This document shows positions 54,401 to 62,827 of a stretch of DNA of 64,000 nt, piece after piece. How positions within the stretch are numbered: the first letter of the stretch is position 1; the number at the start of each line of letters is the position of its first letter. The notes below the pieces were generated by a model that did no database searches, was not told where the DNA came from, and worked only from the letters and a program-made list of their open reading frames with translations. The stretch covers positions 309,405 to 373,404 of the IMG/VR virus record IMGVR_UViG_3300003310_000099; one strand, given 5' to 3'. Source of the stretch: a virus. Its lineage: Duplodnaviria > Heunggongvirae > Uroviricota > Caudoviricetes. The position numbers and the translations under genes were made by a program.

Positions 54401-57082
54401 CCACCAAGTTTTACAGCAATCAGCTTTGCAGCAGTGCCAAGTTTTGATCCTGTGTGTTTCTGTGAACCACCAAGTTTTGATCCTGTGTGTTTTTGTGAAC
54501 CACCAAGTTTCCAGTGTATAAGCTTCTGTGCTGTACCTAGTTTTGATGCAATTAGCTTTGTTGCGCCTAGTTTCAGCAAAGTTTCATTTGGTGAAGTGCC
54601 TAGTTTCCAATGCATTAGCTTCTGTCAGCCACCTAGCTTTAGCTGCATCAGTTTCTGTGCGCCACCTAGCTTTAGTTTGGTTAGTTTTGCTGCACCTAGT
54701 TTTGGTAAAGTTTCTTTTGACACTGTGCCTAGCTTTAGCTGTATAAGTTTCTGCCAACCGCCAAACTTTAACCTTGTTAGCTTTGCACCATTCCCAAGCA
54801 TTGGGAAGGTGTCATTTGATGTTGGTGTAAATTTGAGCCTAAGCCCTGTGTGTTTCTGTGAACCACCAAGCTTCCAGTGTATAGATTTTTGTTCTGTGCC
54901 GAGTTTTGCACCTATTAGTTTTGCTGTACCTAGTTTCAGCAGAGTATCGTTTGGCGATGTACCAAGCTTCCAGTGCATAAGCTTCTGTCAGCCACCAAGT
55001 TTCAGTTTAGTAAGTTTTGCACAAACACCGAGTTTTGCACCTATTAATTTTGCACCATTCCCAAGCATTGGGAAGGTATCATTTGACGTTGGTGTGGCTT
55101 TGAGTTTAAGCCCTGTTTGTTTCTGTGAGCCACCTAGCTTTGCTGCAATTAGCTTTGCTGCATTTCCAAGTATAGGCAGAGTGTCCTTTGACGTTGGTGT
55201 AAGCTTAAGTCCTGTAAGCTTTACTTCCCCACCTAGCTTTAGCTGTATAAGTTTTTGTGTGCCGCCAAGCTTTAGTATGGTAAGTTTCGCACCACCGCCT
55301 AATTTCGCACCAATTAGTTTTGCACCATTCCCAAGCATAAGCACGGTTAAGTTTGATGTTGGTGTAAATCTAAGCTTAAGTCCTATTTGTTTCTGTGAAC
55401 CGCCAAGCTTTAGCTGTATAAGTTTCTGTCCACCGCCTAATTTCAATGCCATTAGTTTCACGGCAGCGCCGAGTTTTGATAAAATATCATTTGACCGCGC
55501 ACCGAGTTTCAGTTGTGTGAGCTTTTGCACACCACCTAGTTTCAGTGCTATTAGTTTCACGGCACCACCAAGCTTTGGCAAAATAGAATTTGCACCATTC
55601 CCAAGCATAAGCACGGTCAAGTTTGATGTTGGTGTAAATCTAAGCTTAAGTCCTATTTGTTTTTGTGAGCCACCTAGCTTTAGCTGTATAAGTTTCTGTC
55701 CAGTACCAGACTTTGGTAAAGTATCGTTTAGTGAACCGCCAAGTTTCGGGTGCATAAGTTTCTGTCCACCGCCAAGTTTCGACAAAGTGTCATTTAGCAC
55801 ACCAAGTTTCGGGTGCGTAAGTTTCTGCCCACCACCTAGCTTTAACATGGTGAGCTTTGCTACACCACCTGTTTTTGCACCAATTAGTTTTGCACCATTC
55901 CCAAGCATAGGAACAGTCAAGTTTGACGTTGGTGTGGCTTTGAGCCTAAGTCCTGTGTGTTTCTGTGAGCCGCCAAGCTTTGGCTGCATAAGTTTCTGTC
56001 CAGCACCGAGCTTTGACAAGGTGCTGTTTGATACACCGAGCTTTGGCTGCATAAGTTTCTGTGCGCCACCAAGCTTCAATGCTATTAGTTTCGTGGGTGC
56101 GCCTAGTTTTGCAAAAATATCTTTTGATAATGTACCAAGTTTCGGGTGCGTAAGTTTCTGCCCACCACCTAGCTTTAGTGTGGTGAACTTTGCTTCACCT
56201 CCTGTTTTTGCGCCAATTAGTTTTGCACCATTCCCAAGCATAGGAACGGTCAAGTTCGATGTTGGTGTGGCTTTGAGCCTAAGTCCTGTGTGTTTCTGTG
56301 AGCCGCCGAGCTTTGGCTGCATAAGTTTCTGCAATACACCAAATTTGGTGAGTTGTATTAGTTTTTGCAATGTGCCAAGCTTTGGTTCTATAAGTTTTTC
56401 GACACCGCCGAGCTTTGGTTGCATTAGTTTTTGTCAGCCGCCAAGTTTTGCACCTATAAGTTTTGCAACACCGCCGAGCTTTGCGAAGATATCATTCGAT
56501 AATCCACCAGTTATTAGTGTAAATTGGGGAACACCGCCAGTTGTATCTTGTAATGTCACGGTAACTTGTCCATCATCTTCATCTTGTACGCCAACACCAG
56601 CACCATTTGCACCGTTTGGAATGAATGCTCAGGATTATGATAATGATGAGATGAATATTCCAGTGACTATTAAAGATTTGGGTATTCCAGAAGAAATCAG
56701 ATTAATTGGGCCTGATCTTCCTAGAGAAATATTCATTAGGGGCACAGTACCAGAAGAAATAACTATTAAGGGTGATATTCCAAGAAGTATTGAAATTAAG
56801 TCAGACATACCACATACAATTATGTTTGACGCAACCAATGTTCCTAGAAAGATCATGGTGGAACTAGCACCTGACTTCCCATCTATACTTAGGATGGACA
56901 TTACCTTACAGGTTACTGGAATTCCTAAATCTATAGAGGTCGTGGAAAATATACCTAGAACTATTCAATTATTGATGCCAGAAAATCCAGTAATAGAACT
57001 CAAGTATAGTGGTGCAGCCATTGAATTAAAACCTAGCGCTGATCTTGAAAAGATGTTTGCTAATTTAATGATACAGAAATGA
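51449..57082 (+). CDS. Giant Cys/Pro/Ser/Phe repeat protein (putative fibre or appendage)
   Basis: 1877 aa; N-terminal domain shared with the PKD proteins; long array of ~11-aa repeats. Confidence 0.8.
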   Translation: MPKAIPKPVYPIALDSNYTLFSTNNSAQTALSADLDKTSDVIEVYPKFANNSDIWADNGFVTIEKEIIYYDSVTKNKDNKVTQLKDCIRGVEGEAQSYPAGTPVCANVVAQLHNQLVDAIVAIENTIGDISDMLKVGTNLKAQQNVRKNLVPKNNAMTAVDTAFTASLHQNLTTMLGCAPAPDDACPDVEFEFNILGATAEYCVRIFGSYTAFQVDFGDGNFTNTQLSGTIQYNGGNPTVTVTTPTCTLVQMPTTPNEGCEAPTLPNPSIPFVIAVPEVPEWPGFIPQKNICPGPLLNLPPIIFPESRLCPATSTVPSCCMPSIIISVIEACKTPQIIRVISPCRISIISLVGCELPSQISLIGCCPPSIISIVAPSLECIRFCDPPSFQCISFCPVPSFDVISFSKPPSFDLISFAPFPSIGKVSFDVGVALSLSPVCFCEPPSFAPISFAAVPSIGRVSFDVLVNLSLSPVSFTSPPSFQCISFCALPSFSAISFEPFPSIGKISFDSVPNFSCISFCQPPSFDVISFSKPPSFDLISFAPFPSIGKVSFDVGVALSLSPVCFCEPPSFDAISFAPFPSIGKVSFDIGVALSLSPVHFCEPPSFDPVCFCEPPSFTAISFVAPIFDPVCFCEPPSFDPVCFCEPPSFQCISFCPVPSFDAISFAPFPSIGRVSFDVGISLSCISFCAVPSFDAISFAPFPSIGKVSFDVGVALSLSPVCFCEPPSFQCISFCPISFTAVSFIPPSFDKVSFDRVPSFQCISFCTPPSFQCISFCTPPSFDAISFAPFPSIGRVSFDVGVSLSCISFCTPPSFDAISFAPFPSIGRVSFDVGVSLNCISFCTPPSFGCVSFCTPSFDKISFDTPPSFQCISFCDTPVFQCISFCDTPSFQCINFCEPPSFGCVSFCPAPSFDKVSFDSAPNFNCVSFCEPPSFDPVCFCEPPSFAAISFAAVPSFDKVLFDTPSFDPVCFCEPPSFDPVCFCEPPSFTAISFAAVPSFDPVCFCEPPSFDPVCFCEPPSFQCISFCAVPSFDAISFVAPSFSKVSFGEVPSFQCISFCQPPSFSCISFCAPPSFSLVSFAAPSFGKVSFDTVPSFSCISFCQPPNFNLVSFAPFPSIGKVSFDVGVNLSLSPVCFCEPPSFQCIDFCSVPSFAPISFAVPSFSRVSFGDVPSFQCISFCQPPSFSLVSFAQTPSFAPINFAPFPSIGKVSFDVGVALSLSPVCFCEPPSFAAISFAAFPSIGRVSFDVGVSLSPVSFTSPPSFSCISFCVPPSFSMVSFAPPPNFAPISFAPFPSISTVKFDVGVNLSLSPICFCEPPSFSCISFCPPPNFNAISFTAAPSFDKISFDRAPSFSCVSFCTPPSFSAISFTAPPSFGKIEFAPFPSISTVKFDVGVNLSLSPICFCEPPSFSCISFCPVPDFGKVSFSEPPSFGCISFCPPPSFDKVSFSTPSFGCVSFCPPPSFNMVSFATPPVFAPISFAPFPSIGTVKFDVGVALSLSPVCFCEPPSFGCISFCPAPSFDKVLFDTPSFGCISFCAPPSFNAISFVGAPSFAKISFDNVPSFGCVSFCPPPSFSVVNFASPPVFAPISFAPFPSIGTVKFDVGVALSLSPVCFCEPPSFGCISFCNTPNLVSCISFCNVPSFGSISFSTPPSFGCISFCQPPSFAPISFATPPSFAKISFDNPPVISVNWGTPPVVSCNVTVTCPSSSSCTPTPAPFAPFGMNAQDYDNDEMNIPVTIKDLGIPEEIRLIGPDLPREIFIRGTVPEEITIKGDIPRSIEIKSDIPHTIMFDATNVPRKIMVELAPDFPSILRMDITLQVTGIPKSIEVVENIPRTIQLLMPENPVIELKYSGAAIELKPSADLEKMFANLMIQK
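52580..56510 (+). repeat. Coding tandem repeat with ~33-bp/11-aa units (xCISFCxPPSF, DPVCFCEPPSF, xISFAPFPSIG, KVSFDVGV)
   Basis: Visible in both DNA and translation. Confidence 0.9.
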
Positions 57083-57909
57083 TAATAAAAAAACACAGAA
57101 ATAGAAATGATTATGCCCTTGCTAAAAATGGTACATGGGTAAGAGATTTCACAAAACCATTGATAAAAGGCGTGGACATAAACAATATGATTTCCATTCC
57201 AGACATGCAGATCATGTTGGAGAATGAATTAAAAAACCATGATAAGTTGTATCAAAAAATAGAAACTGAAGATTTTAATTATGAAAAGATAATAATTATA
57301 GGTGATGGATACAAACATGAGGAAAAACAAAAGCTTGTAGAAAATTTGCCGAACGATGTATTGATTATAGGTGTAAACAAAGCTTTTGCTACATGGAACA
57401 TTGCACGCAGATTAAACTACTATGTTGTCAATAACCCTTATGATGAATGTTTATTTTACTATCCATCTACAGTGAAGTCTTGGCCCAGATGTGTAGCATC
57501 AACTAGGACTTATCCAGATTTCTTGAAGCATTATCGTGGTACGGTTTATCTATATCATCCAGTAACAGATGAAATGTATAGTGGTACAAAAACCGAGAGT
57601 AATTACTTTATAGATGATTATCGCAATCCTGTTTGTGCGGCAATTTGTTTAGCTTATAAATTTAAAGTAAAAAAACTTATGTTAATGTCTTTATTGGATT
57701 TATATGAAAATGAGCGACCTGGAACTGAGAAAACTAAAGATTTGTGGATTTATCCGCAGCAAAAAGCAGCACATTCGATAATTGACGCTAGTTTATATTG
57801 GTTGCAAAAAGCAAAAATCAATGTAGTTTATAATGATAGTGGTCCAGATTATGAGTTTGCAACATACATAAATGATAGTGACGTTAAAGGATATTTCAAT
57901 GCCAAGTAA
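57079..57909 (+). CDS. Rossmann-like (MAF/sialyltransferase-like) protein
   Basis: IIIIGDG, IIGVN, AICLAY. Confidence 0.4.
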   Translation: MIIKKHRNRNDYALAKNGTWVRDFTKPLIKGVDINNMISIPDMQIMLENELKNHDKLYQKIETEDFNYEKIIIIGDGYKHEEKQKLVENLPNDVLIIGVNKAFATWNIARRLNYYVVNNPYDECLFYYPSTVKSWPRCVASTRTYPDFLKHYRGTVYLYHPVTDEMYSGTKTESNYFIDDYRNPVCAAICLAYKFKVKKLMLMSLLDLYENERPGTEKTKDLWIYPQQKAAHSIIDASLYWLQKAKINVVYNDSGPDYEFATYINDSDVKGYFNAK

Positions 57910-58222
57910 AGATGAGGGAAAAGAACCTAGTTTTTCATTAAATGATTTTAGAAAGTGGGTTGGCAAGCAAAAACGCGAAGCCAAATCAGTAAAATCAAAA
58001 TACAAAGGTTCTATTGTTGAATCTAAACTAAGTATCAAGAGACTTGTGACCAAAATGGATGTGGATCAAGGTGAACTCTTTGAGATGGCAAAAGACTTTA
58101 AGCGTAGAGGCGGCACTATATTGGAATGTGATGGAGACAACATACTGTTGATCGAAGTAAACTCAGGGACTTTCAGAATCCCTAAAATGTTCGTTACAAT
58201 TTTGTCTAATTTTGGTGGATGA
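57899..58222 (+). CDS. hypothetical protein
   Basis: SD AAGGA; ORF. Confidence 0.65.
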   Translation: MPSKDEGKEPSFSLNDFRKWVGKQKREAKSVKSKYKGSIVESKLSIKRLVTKMDVDQGELFEMAKDFKRRGGTILECDGDNILLIEVNSGTFRIPKMFVTILSNFGG

Positions 58223-58349
58223 GCGATCCATCAACACCTTGAAAAGAATCTCTATCACCAATTTACTATGATAGTCTAATGGTTTAAGTTCGTCCACAAA
58301 GCTACAAAAACTTTCGTGGATGCTTTTATGGTTATTATCAGGGATTTTC

Positions 58350-58658
58350 ATGGCAACACCTTTATCAAATTATGTAGCTATCAAAGACAAGTATTGCATT
58401 GGGTATTTTGGCAGTGACAGGTCGCTTTTATCAGACCTTTTGAACGCCAGGAAGTTCATAGAGAAAACTTTTCCAGGTTTACAGATTTACATTGCATGTA
58501 AAAATGAAATGCAGGACTTAGTAACTGGAAATAAGAACGTCATACTTGAGTCAAATATGCCGAGTTTTACTGGTAAAATGGCATATTTTCGTATTTTGGA
58601 AGAAAAAAGTGATCTAATTAAGCTTTTAGAGGAATCAAATATTAACATTGATGTATAA
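58350..58658 (+). CDS. hypothetical protein
   Basis: ORF. Confidence 0.55.
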   Translation: MATPLSNYVAIKDKYCIGYFGSDRSLLSDLLNARKFIEKTFPGLQIYIACKNEMQDLVTGNKNVILESNMPSFTGKMAYFRILEEKSDLIKLLEESNINIDV

Positions 58659-58661
58659 ATA
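58654..58661 (+). promoter_or_regulatory. T4-like late promoter TATAAATA
   Basis: Exact consensus upstream of SD AAGGAG and ORF 58705. Confidence 0.55.
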
Positions 58662-58704
58662 CATTCAGACAGACTACCAGCACTTAACAAGGAGTTAGTT
58701 TAAA

Positions 58705-59310
58705 ATGAGTGTATTTAAAGTTAAATTACAGAACCCACCATGCCAGGGTTATTTGGACCTTGATCCAACAAACGCAAATTCACAGACAAATTACTTAGGC
58801 GCACCATTCACTGTAAGCAAGCAGCGTACAATGTTTTGCACAGGCCCAAATTTAATTTACCGTGAACTATTTGACGGTATGGTTTTCACAGATTGCAACT
58901 ATTGGCTAAGATATGACGTTGCAAACAACCCATGCTACGGATTCATTGAAGTATTGTATAATGACGGAAGCATTTACTCAGATGTAGCTTCTGAAAATAC
59001 TTTCCCAACGATTTACTCTCCATACAACGTTCTCATTGCCGACACATTCGCAACGAATTACATCGACATTGTGGGCACTCTTGGTGGTGCAGCTATTTTC
59101 GTAGAAATGACCAACAATGGTACTCTAGCAACGCAGGATATACAGGTTCAGTTGAACGGTTCTGCAACCGCAGTTATGACCCTAAAGGCAGGCGATACTC
59201 AGATTTTCAACTCTGGTGATCTAAAGGTCACTAAGCTAGCCTTCGATGGTGGCACTGCAAATACTACTCTACAGATTATCTTGTCTGTAAACGTCGTTTG
59301 CAACAGCTAA
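58705..59310 (+). CDS. putative abundant structural protein
   Basis: Own late promoter, strong SD and terminator. Confidence 0.65.
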   Translation: MSVFKVKLQNPPCQGYLDLDPTNANSQTNYLGAPFTVSKQRTMFCTGPNLIYRELFDGMVFTDCNYWLRYDVANNPCYGFIEVLYNDGSIYSDVASENTFPTIYSPYNVLIADTFATNYIDIVGTLGGAAIFVEMTNNGTLATQDIQVQLNGSATAVMTLKAGDTQIFNSGDLKVTKLAFDGGTANTTLQIILSVNVVCNS

Positions 59311-59332
59311 ACAAACTTGGCATCGCACAAGC

Positions 59333-59364
59333 AGCAAGCTCCCAATTGGGAGCTTGCTTTTTTT
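59333..59364 (+). terminator. intrinsic terminator
   Basis: agcaagctccc-aatt-gggagcttgct followed by a T tract. Confidence 0.85.
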
Positions 59365-59385
59365 ATTGCCATACTCTTTTATTCT

Positions 59386-60387
59386 ATGTTCAAAATCAAG
59401 AAACCAAAAAAGCCCTTAGATTATAATATGCCCATAAAAGAATTCTATGATAAAAGAAATAAAGTCTTGTTAATCAGGAATGCCAGAGGAATCGGGGACA
59501 TACTAAATTGTAGGATGTTATTCAAAGAATTCAAAAAAATAATGCCAGATATGCATTTGGTTTTTGCTTGTTTTGAAGAATATGCACCATTGGTAAAAAA
59601 TCATCCTTACCTGGATGAAGTTGTAGATGTAAGAAAAGTAAACAAGGAAAACTACCTAATATCTTATGATATAAGCACCTGCTGCATATATTATGAGTCT
59701 TTAACAACCACCAAAAATGACACGCATAGAGCAGATATATGGGCTGAACATTGTGGTTTAAATCTCGCTAGTCATGATATGTTTCTACCTTGCATTAGTC
59801 CAGATATCATTACTGATGGACGGTTTAGATTACAACAACTCAAGCAAACAAGCTTATCAAGCAATCGGCATGGACCAACTGTCCTTCTGTGCCCTAAATC
59901 TTATGATGTACAAAGATCACTTACTCACCAGCAGACCATAGCGTTAGTGGAGATATTAAGAAGAAGAGGATTGTTTGTATTTTCGAACTATCCAGCCAAA
60001 ATATCTACGCTCGAACAAGTTGATGTGCCTACTATCACAGACAGTTCGTTGGAAGAATGGATGAGCTATATTCATGCAGCTGATTATGTAGTCACTGTTG
60101 ACACAGGCACTTTCCACTATGCGGGAGGTATTAAAAAGCCATTAACTGGAATATTCACACATGTTGATGGAAAATTAAGGGGTAAATATTACGATTTTGT
60201 TTTAGTGCAAAAGCACAGAGATAATGGTAATTGGCCTTGTGGCCCATGTTATAATTATCTCGGTTGTACGAACTCAAAATGTAGTAATCCTAGTTCAACA
60301 AGCAGTTTAAGACCTTGCTTGACAGAGCTTACTATTGAAGAAATGGAAGAAGGAGTTAATAAAATGTTATTGCGTTGGCCTATATAA
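59386..60387 (+). CDS. GT9 (heptosyltransferase-like) glycosyltransferase
   Basis: RGIGDIL, HPYLDEV, VTVDTGTFHYA, C.PC. Confidence 0.75.
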   Translation: MFKIKKPKKPLDYNMPIKEFYDKRNKVLLIRNARGIGDILNCRMLFKEFKKIMPDMHLVFACFEEYAPLVKNHPYLDEVVDVRKVNKENYLISYDISTCCIYYESLTTTKNDTHRADIWAEHCGLNLASHDMFLPCISPDIITDGRFRLQQLKQTSLSSNRHGPTVLLCPKSYDVQRSLTHQQTIALVEILRRRGLFVFSNYPAKISTLEQVDVPTITDSSLEEWMSYIHAADYVVTVDTGTFHYAGGIKKPLTGIFTHVDGKLRGKYYDFVLVQKHRDNGNWPCGPCYNYLGCTNSKCSNPSSTSSLRPCLTELTIEEMEEGVNKMLLRWPI

Positions 60388-60392
60388 TAAGT

Positions 60393-60617
60393 ATGGGAGA
60401 TTTAATTAGACCCACAAGAGTAAATGTAATTACTCAAGACGGGGAATGTAAATTACATATTGTGATAGATTTGAACATAAATCTAAATACAAATAGCGTA
60501 GAAGTCAAGTCAAGGCAGGCTGATAATACTCCAGAGATTCAGGAAGAAGAAAAAACTGAGTGGGCAATCCCTTCATTTAAGCCTGGAGATAAAGTAAAGT
60601 TCGGAAAGAAAGAATAG
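60393..60617 (+). CDS. hypothetical protein
   Basis: CTATATA box 6 nt before the ATG. Confidence 0.65.
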   Translation: MGDLIRPTRVNVITQDGECKLHIVIDLNINLNTNSVEVKSRQADNTPEIQEEEKTEWAIPSFKPGDKVKFGKKE

Positions 60618-60626
60618 GAGTCAATT

Positions 60627-61643
60627 ATGCCAATAGGTGCAGACATTGGTACTTACAATCTCGTAATGTGTACCAGAAATAAAGATGGTGGGTATTTTTA
60701 TGACCGAGAAGTGAATGCATTTCTTGAGATTGCCCTGGAGGATCGCATGGTTTTAGAAATGATGAAAACCTGCGAAGACCCTGTGCCAGTTATCGAAAGA
60801 CCTAAAAAAGCATACGCACTTGGCGAAAAGGCAGTTCGTATGGCGTACACGCTATCTCAATTGGAACTTAAAAGACCAATGAAAGATGGCTGTGTAAACC
60901 CAAAAGAAAAAGATGCCTTTGAAGTCATGTGTTTAATGTTGCATAGTTTGCTTGAAGGTAATGTTAAACAAGACAATGAAGTTGTCTATTACAGTGTACC
61001 AGCTAATGCTCTTAATGAAGAAACAGATGCTGATTATCACTCAAAAGTGTTGGAATCCATGCTTGCTTCCTATAAATCTGATGAAGGATTTAAAGTAAAA
61101 CCATTCCCTATTAATGAAGGACTAGCATTAGTGTATGCTGAACTAAAAACCAATAACTACACAGGTATTGGCATTAGTTTTGGCGCTGGCATGGTCAACT
61201 TGTGCTATGCAATGTTCGGTGTACCTGTATTTCAATTTGCGCTAGTAAATTCAGGTGACTGGATAGATAAGATGGCTGCAAAGGCTACTGGAGAAAGTGT
61301 AACTTTCATTAACCAAGAAAAAACTAAAGTAAACTTATCGCAAGAACCTAAAGACTTAGTTGAAAGAGCGATACAAACACAGTACAGAATTATGATAGAA
61401 AAAACTGTAAACGGTATTAAAAAGGGTTTAGGTGAGAGTGGTAAAAAGGCTCGTTCAGACAAGCCTATTGACATAGTAATTGCTGGTGGAACATCCATGC
61501 CTATTGGTTTCGACGTTCTGTTCAGAGATGTAGTCACACAATCAGATTTACCTATTAGCGTCGGGTCTATAGTAAGACCTAGCGACCCACTGTTTAGTGT
61601 GAGCCGTGGTTGCTTAATTGCAGCCGAGAACTCACTAAAGTAA
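60627..61643 (+). CDS. Actin-like ATPase (MreB/ParM superfamily)
   Basis: IGADIGT, RPMKDG, SVPA, INEG.A, ISFGAG, IAGGTS. Confidence 0.8.
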   Translation: MPIGADIGTYNLVMCTRNKDGGYFYDREVNAFLEIALEDRMVLEMMKTCEDPVPVIERPKKAYALGEKAVRMAYTLSQLELKRPMKDGCVNPKEKDAFEVMCLMLHSLLEGNVKQDNEVVYYSVPANALNEETDADYHSKVLESMLASYKSDEGFKVKPFPINEGLALVYAELKTNNYTGIGISFGAGMVNLCYAMFGVPVFQFALVNSGDWIDKMAAKATGESVTFINQEKTKVNLSQEPKDLVERAIQTQYRIMIEKTVNGIKKGLGESGKKARSDKPIDIVIAGGTSMPIGFDVLFRDVVTQSDLPISVGSIVRPSDPLFSVSRGCLIAAENSLK

Positions 61644-61677
61644 GATTGAAGCATTTTGTTAATTAGAAAGGACAAAA

Positions 61678-62304
61678 ATGGAAGATTTTGAAGATGGACT
61701 AGGACGGGTGGAACCCGAAGTAGTCATTCTGGGAAACCAGACTGCTGAAGAGGTGAAAGAACTTCTTGACAAAGAAAAGACTTGTGAAAAAGAAAGAGTA
61801 GAAAGTTGTAAACCGACATACTTTAAAAGTCCCATTACTGGCGAAGTAATTAAGGAAATTAAGGAAAATATACAACAAGCCGCAAAAGCCAAATTAGCTT
61901 TTGAAGACGCGCCAAATGTAGATGAGTGTTTCCCAGACCTTGGGAAAATGAATCACGGAGTCAAGATTAAGAAGGATTTAAATCTTTTCCACACCTGGAG
62001 AAGGTTGGCAGATGTAGGAGATGTTTGCGAGGATGGTGGACCTTGTTTACCTGACGATCTAGGTCCAACTCAAGAACTCATGGAACATATTATAGTTAGA
62101 CTCAGAAGCAAGTTCCCTAAACTTGACTTGGAGTGGAGTCAGGGATGGAATCCTTGTTTATTAATCAATTCCTGTCCAACACAGGTGTCTATGGATAAGT
62201 TGTCTTTTGCACACAATGGCTTGAAGCATATTGTGGATGCTGCAAATGCACAACAAATAATATCCAATATTGTTTTGAAAAAACTTGAAGGGTTATTCAT
62301 TTAA
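61678..62304 (+). CDS. hypothetical protein
   Basis: SD AAGGA; ORF. Confidence 0.7.
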   Translation: MEDFEDGLGRVEPEVVILGNQTAEEVKELLDKEKTCEKERVESCKPTYFKSPITGEVIKEIKENIQQAAKAKLAFEDAPNVDECFPDLGKMNHGVKIKKDLNLFHTWRRLADVGDVCEDGGPCLPDDLGPTQELMEHIIVRLRSKFPKLDLEWSQGWNPCLLINSCPTQVSMDKLSFAHNGLKHIVDAANAQQIISNIVLKKLEGLFI

Positions 62305-62366
62305 TGTAAGTGGTTTATGCATTTGGGGTTAGAAATAACCCCAAATGCATTTATGAAAGGAATAGA

Positions 62367-62819
62367 ATGAGCGTAAAGATTGAATATGTGAACGACCTTG
62401 GTGCAGCAGCTTATATAATGATGCACAAATATAAGGTAATAGGCAAGAAAAGCAGAGCAATCTGTTTTGAAATAAGCAACAATCCAGAAGAAGTCGAGGA
62501 GTTTGAAAAACTCTATCGAGACTATCTCAATAGTGAATTCCATAGATTCGATTCATGTTTAATGTCTTTGAAGAAAATAAATGAAATCAATACAGATCGC
62601 ATGAGCGTGTCTGTTGAGCAGGTGAACGACCTTGGTGCAGCAGCTTATATAATGATGCACAAATATAAGGTAATAGGCAAGAAAGGCAAAGCTATTTGCT
62701 TTGAGAGTGATAGCCCAGAGGAATTTGAGAAACTTTATCGTGACTATCTCAACAGTGAGTTCCATAGGTTTGATTCTTGCTTAATGTCTTTGAAGAAAAT
62801 AAATGAAATCAATGACTAA
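62367..62819 (+). CDS. Protein made of two near-identical ~72-aa domains
   Basis: VNDLGAAAYIMMHKYKVIGKK..EFHRFDSCLMSLKKINEIN occurs twice. Confidence 0.8.
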   Translation: MSVKIEYVNDLGAAAYIMMHKYKVIGKKSRAICFEISNNPEEVEEFEKLYRDYLNSEFHRFDSCLMSLKKINEINTDRMSVSVEQVNDLGAAAYIMMHKYKVIGKKGKAICFESDSPEEFEKLYRDYLNSEFHRFDSCLMSLKKINEIND

Positions 62820-62827
62820 ATAGCTTC

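Noticed and set aside
54530-54934. GCTGTACCTAGT partial motif matches at 54530 and 54923
   Set aside because: They lack the CTTA start and arise from Ala-Val-Pro-Ser codons within the repeat protein.
52075-56424. Long antisense ORFs (846, 117 and 478 aa) with KLGG repeats
   Set aside because: Shadows of the sense repeat protein; restricted codon use leaves the antisense frame free of stops.
58163-58351. 62-aa minus-strand ORF
   Set aside because: It overlaps both flanking plus-strand genes and has no recognisable motif or SD, so it cannot be supported.
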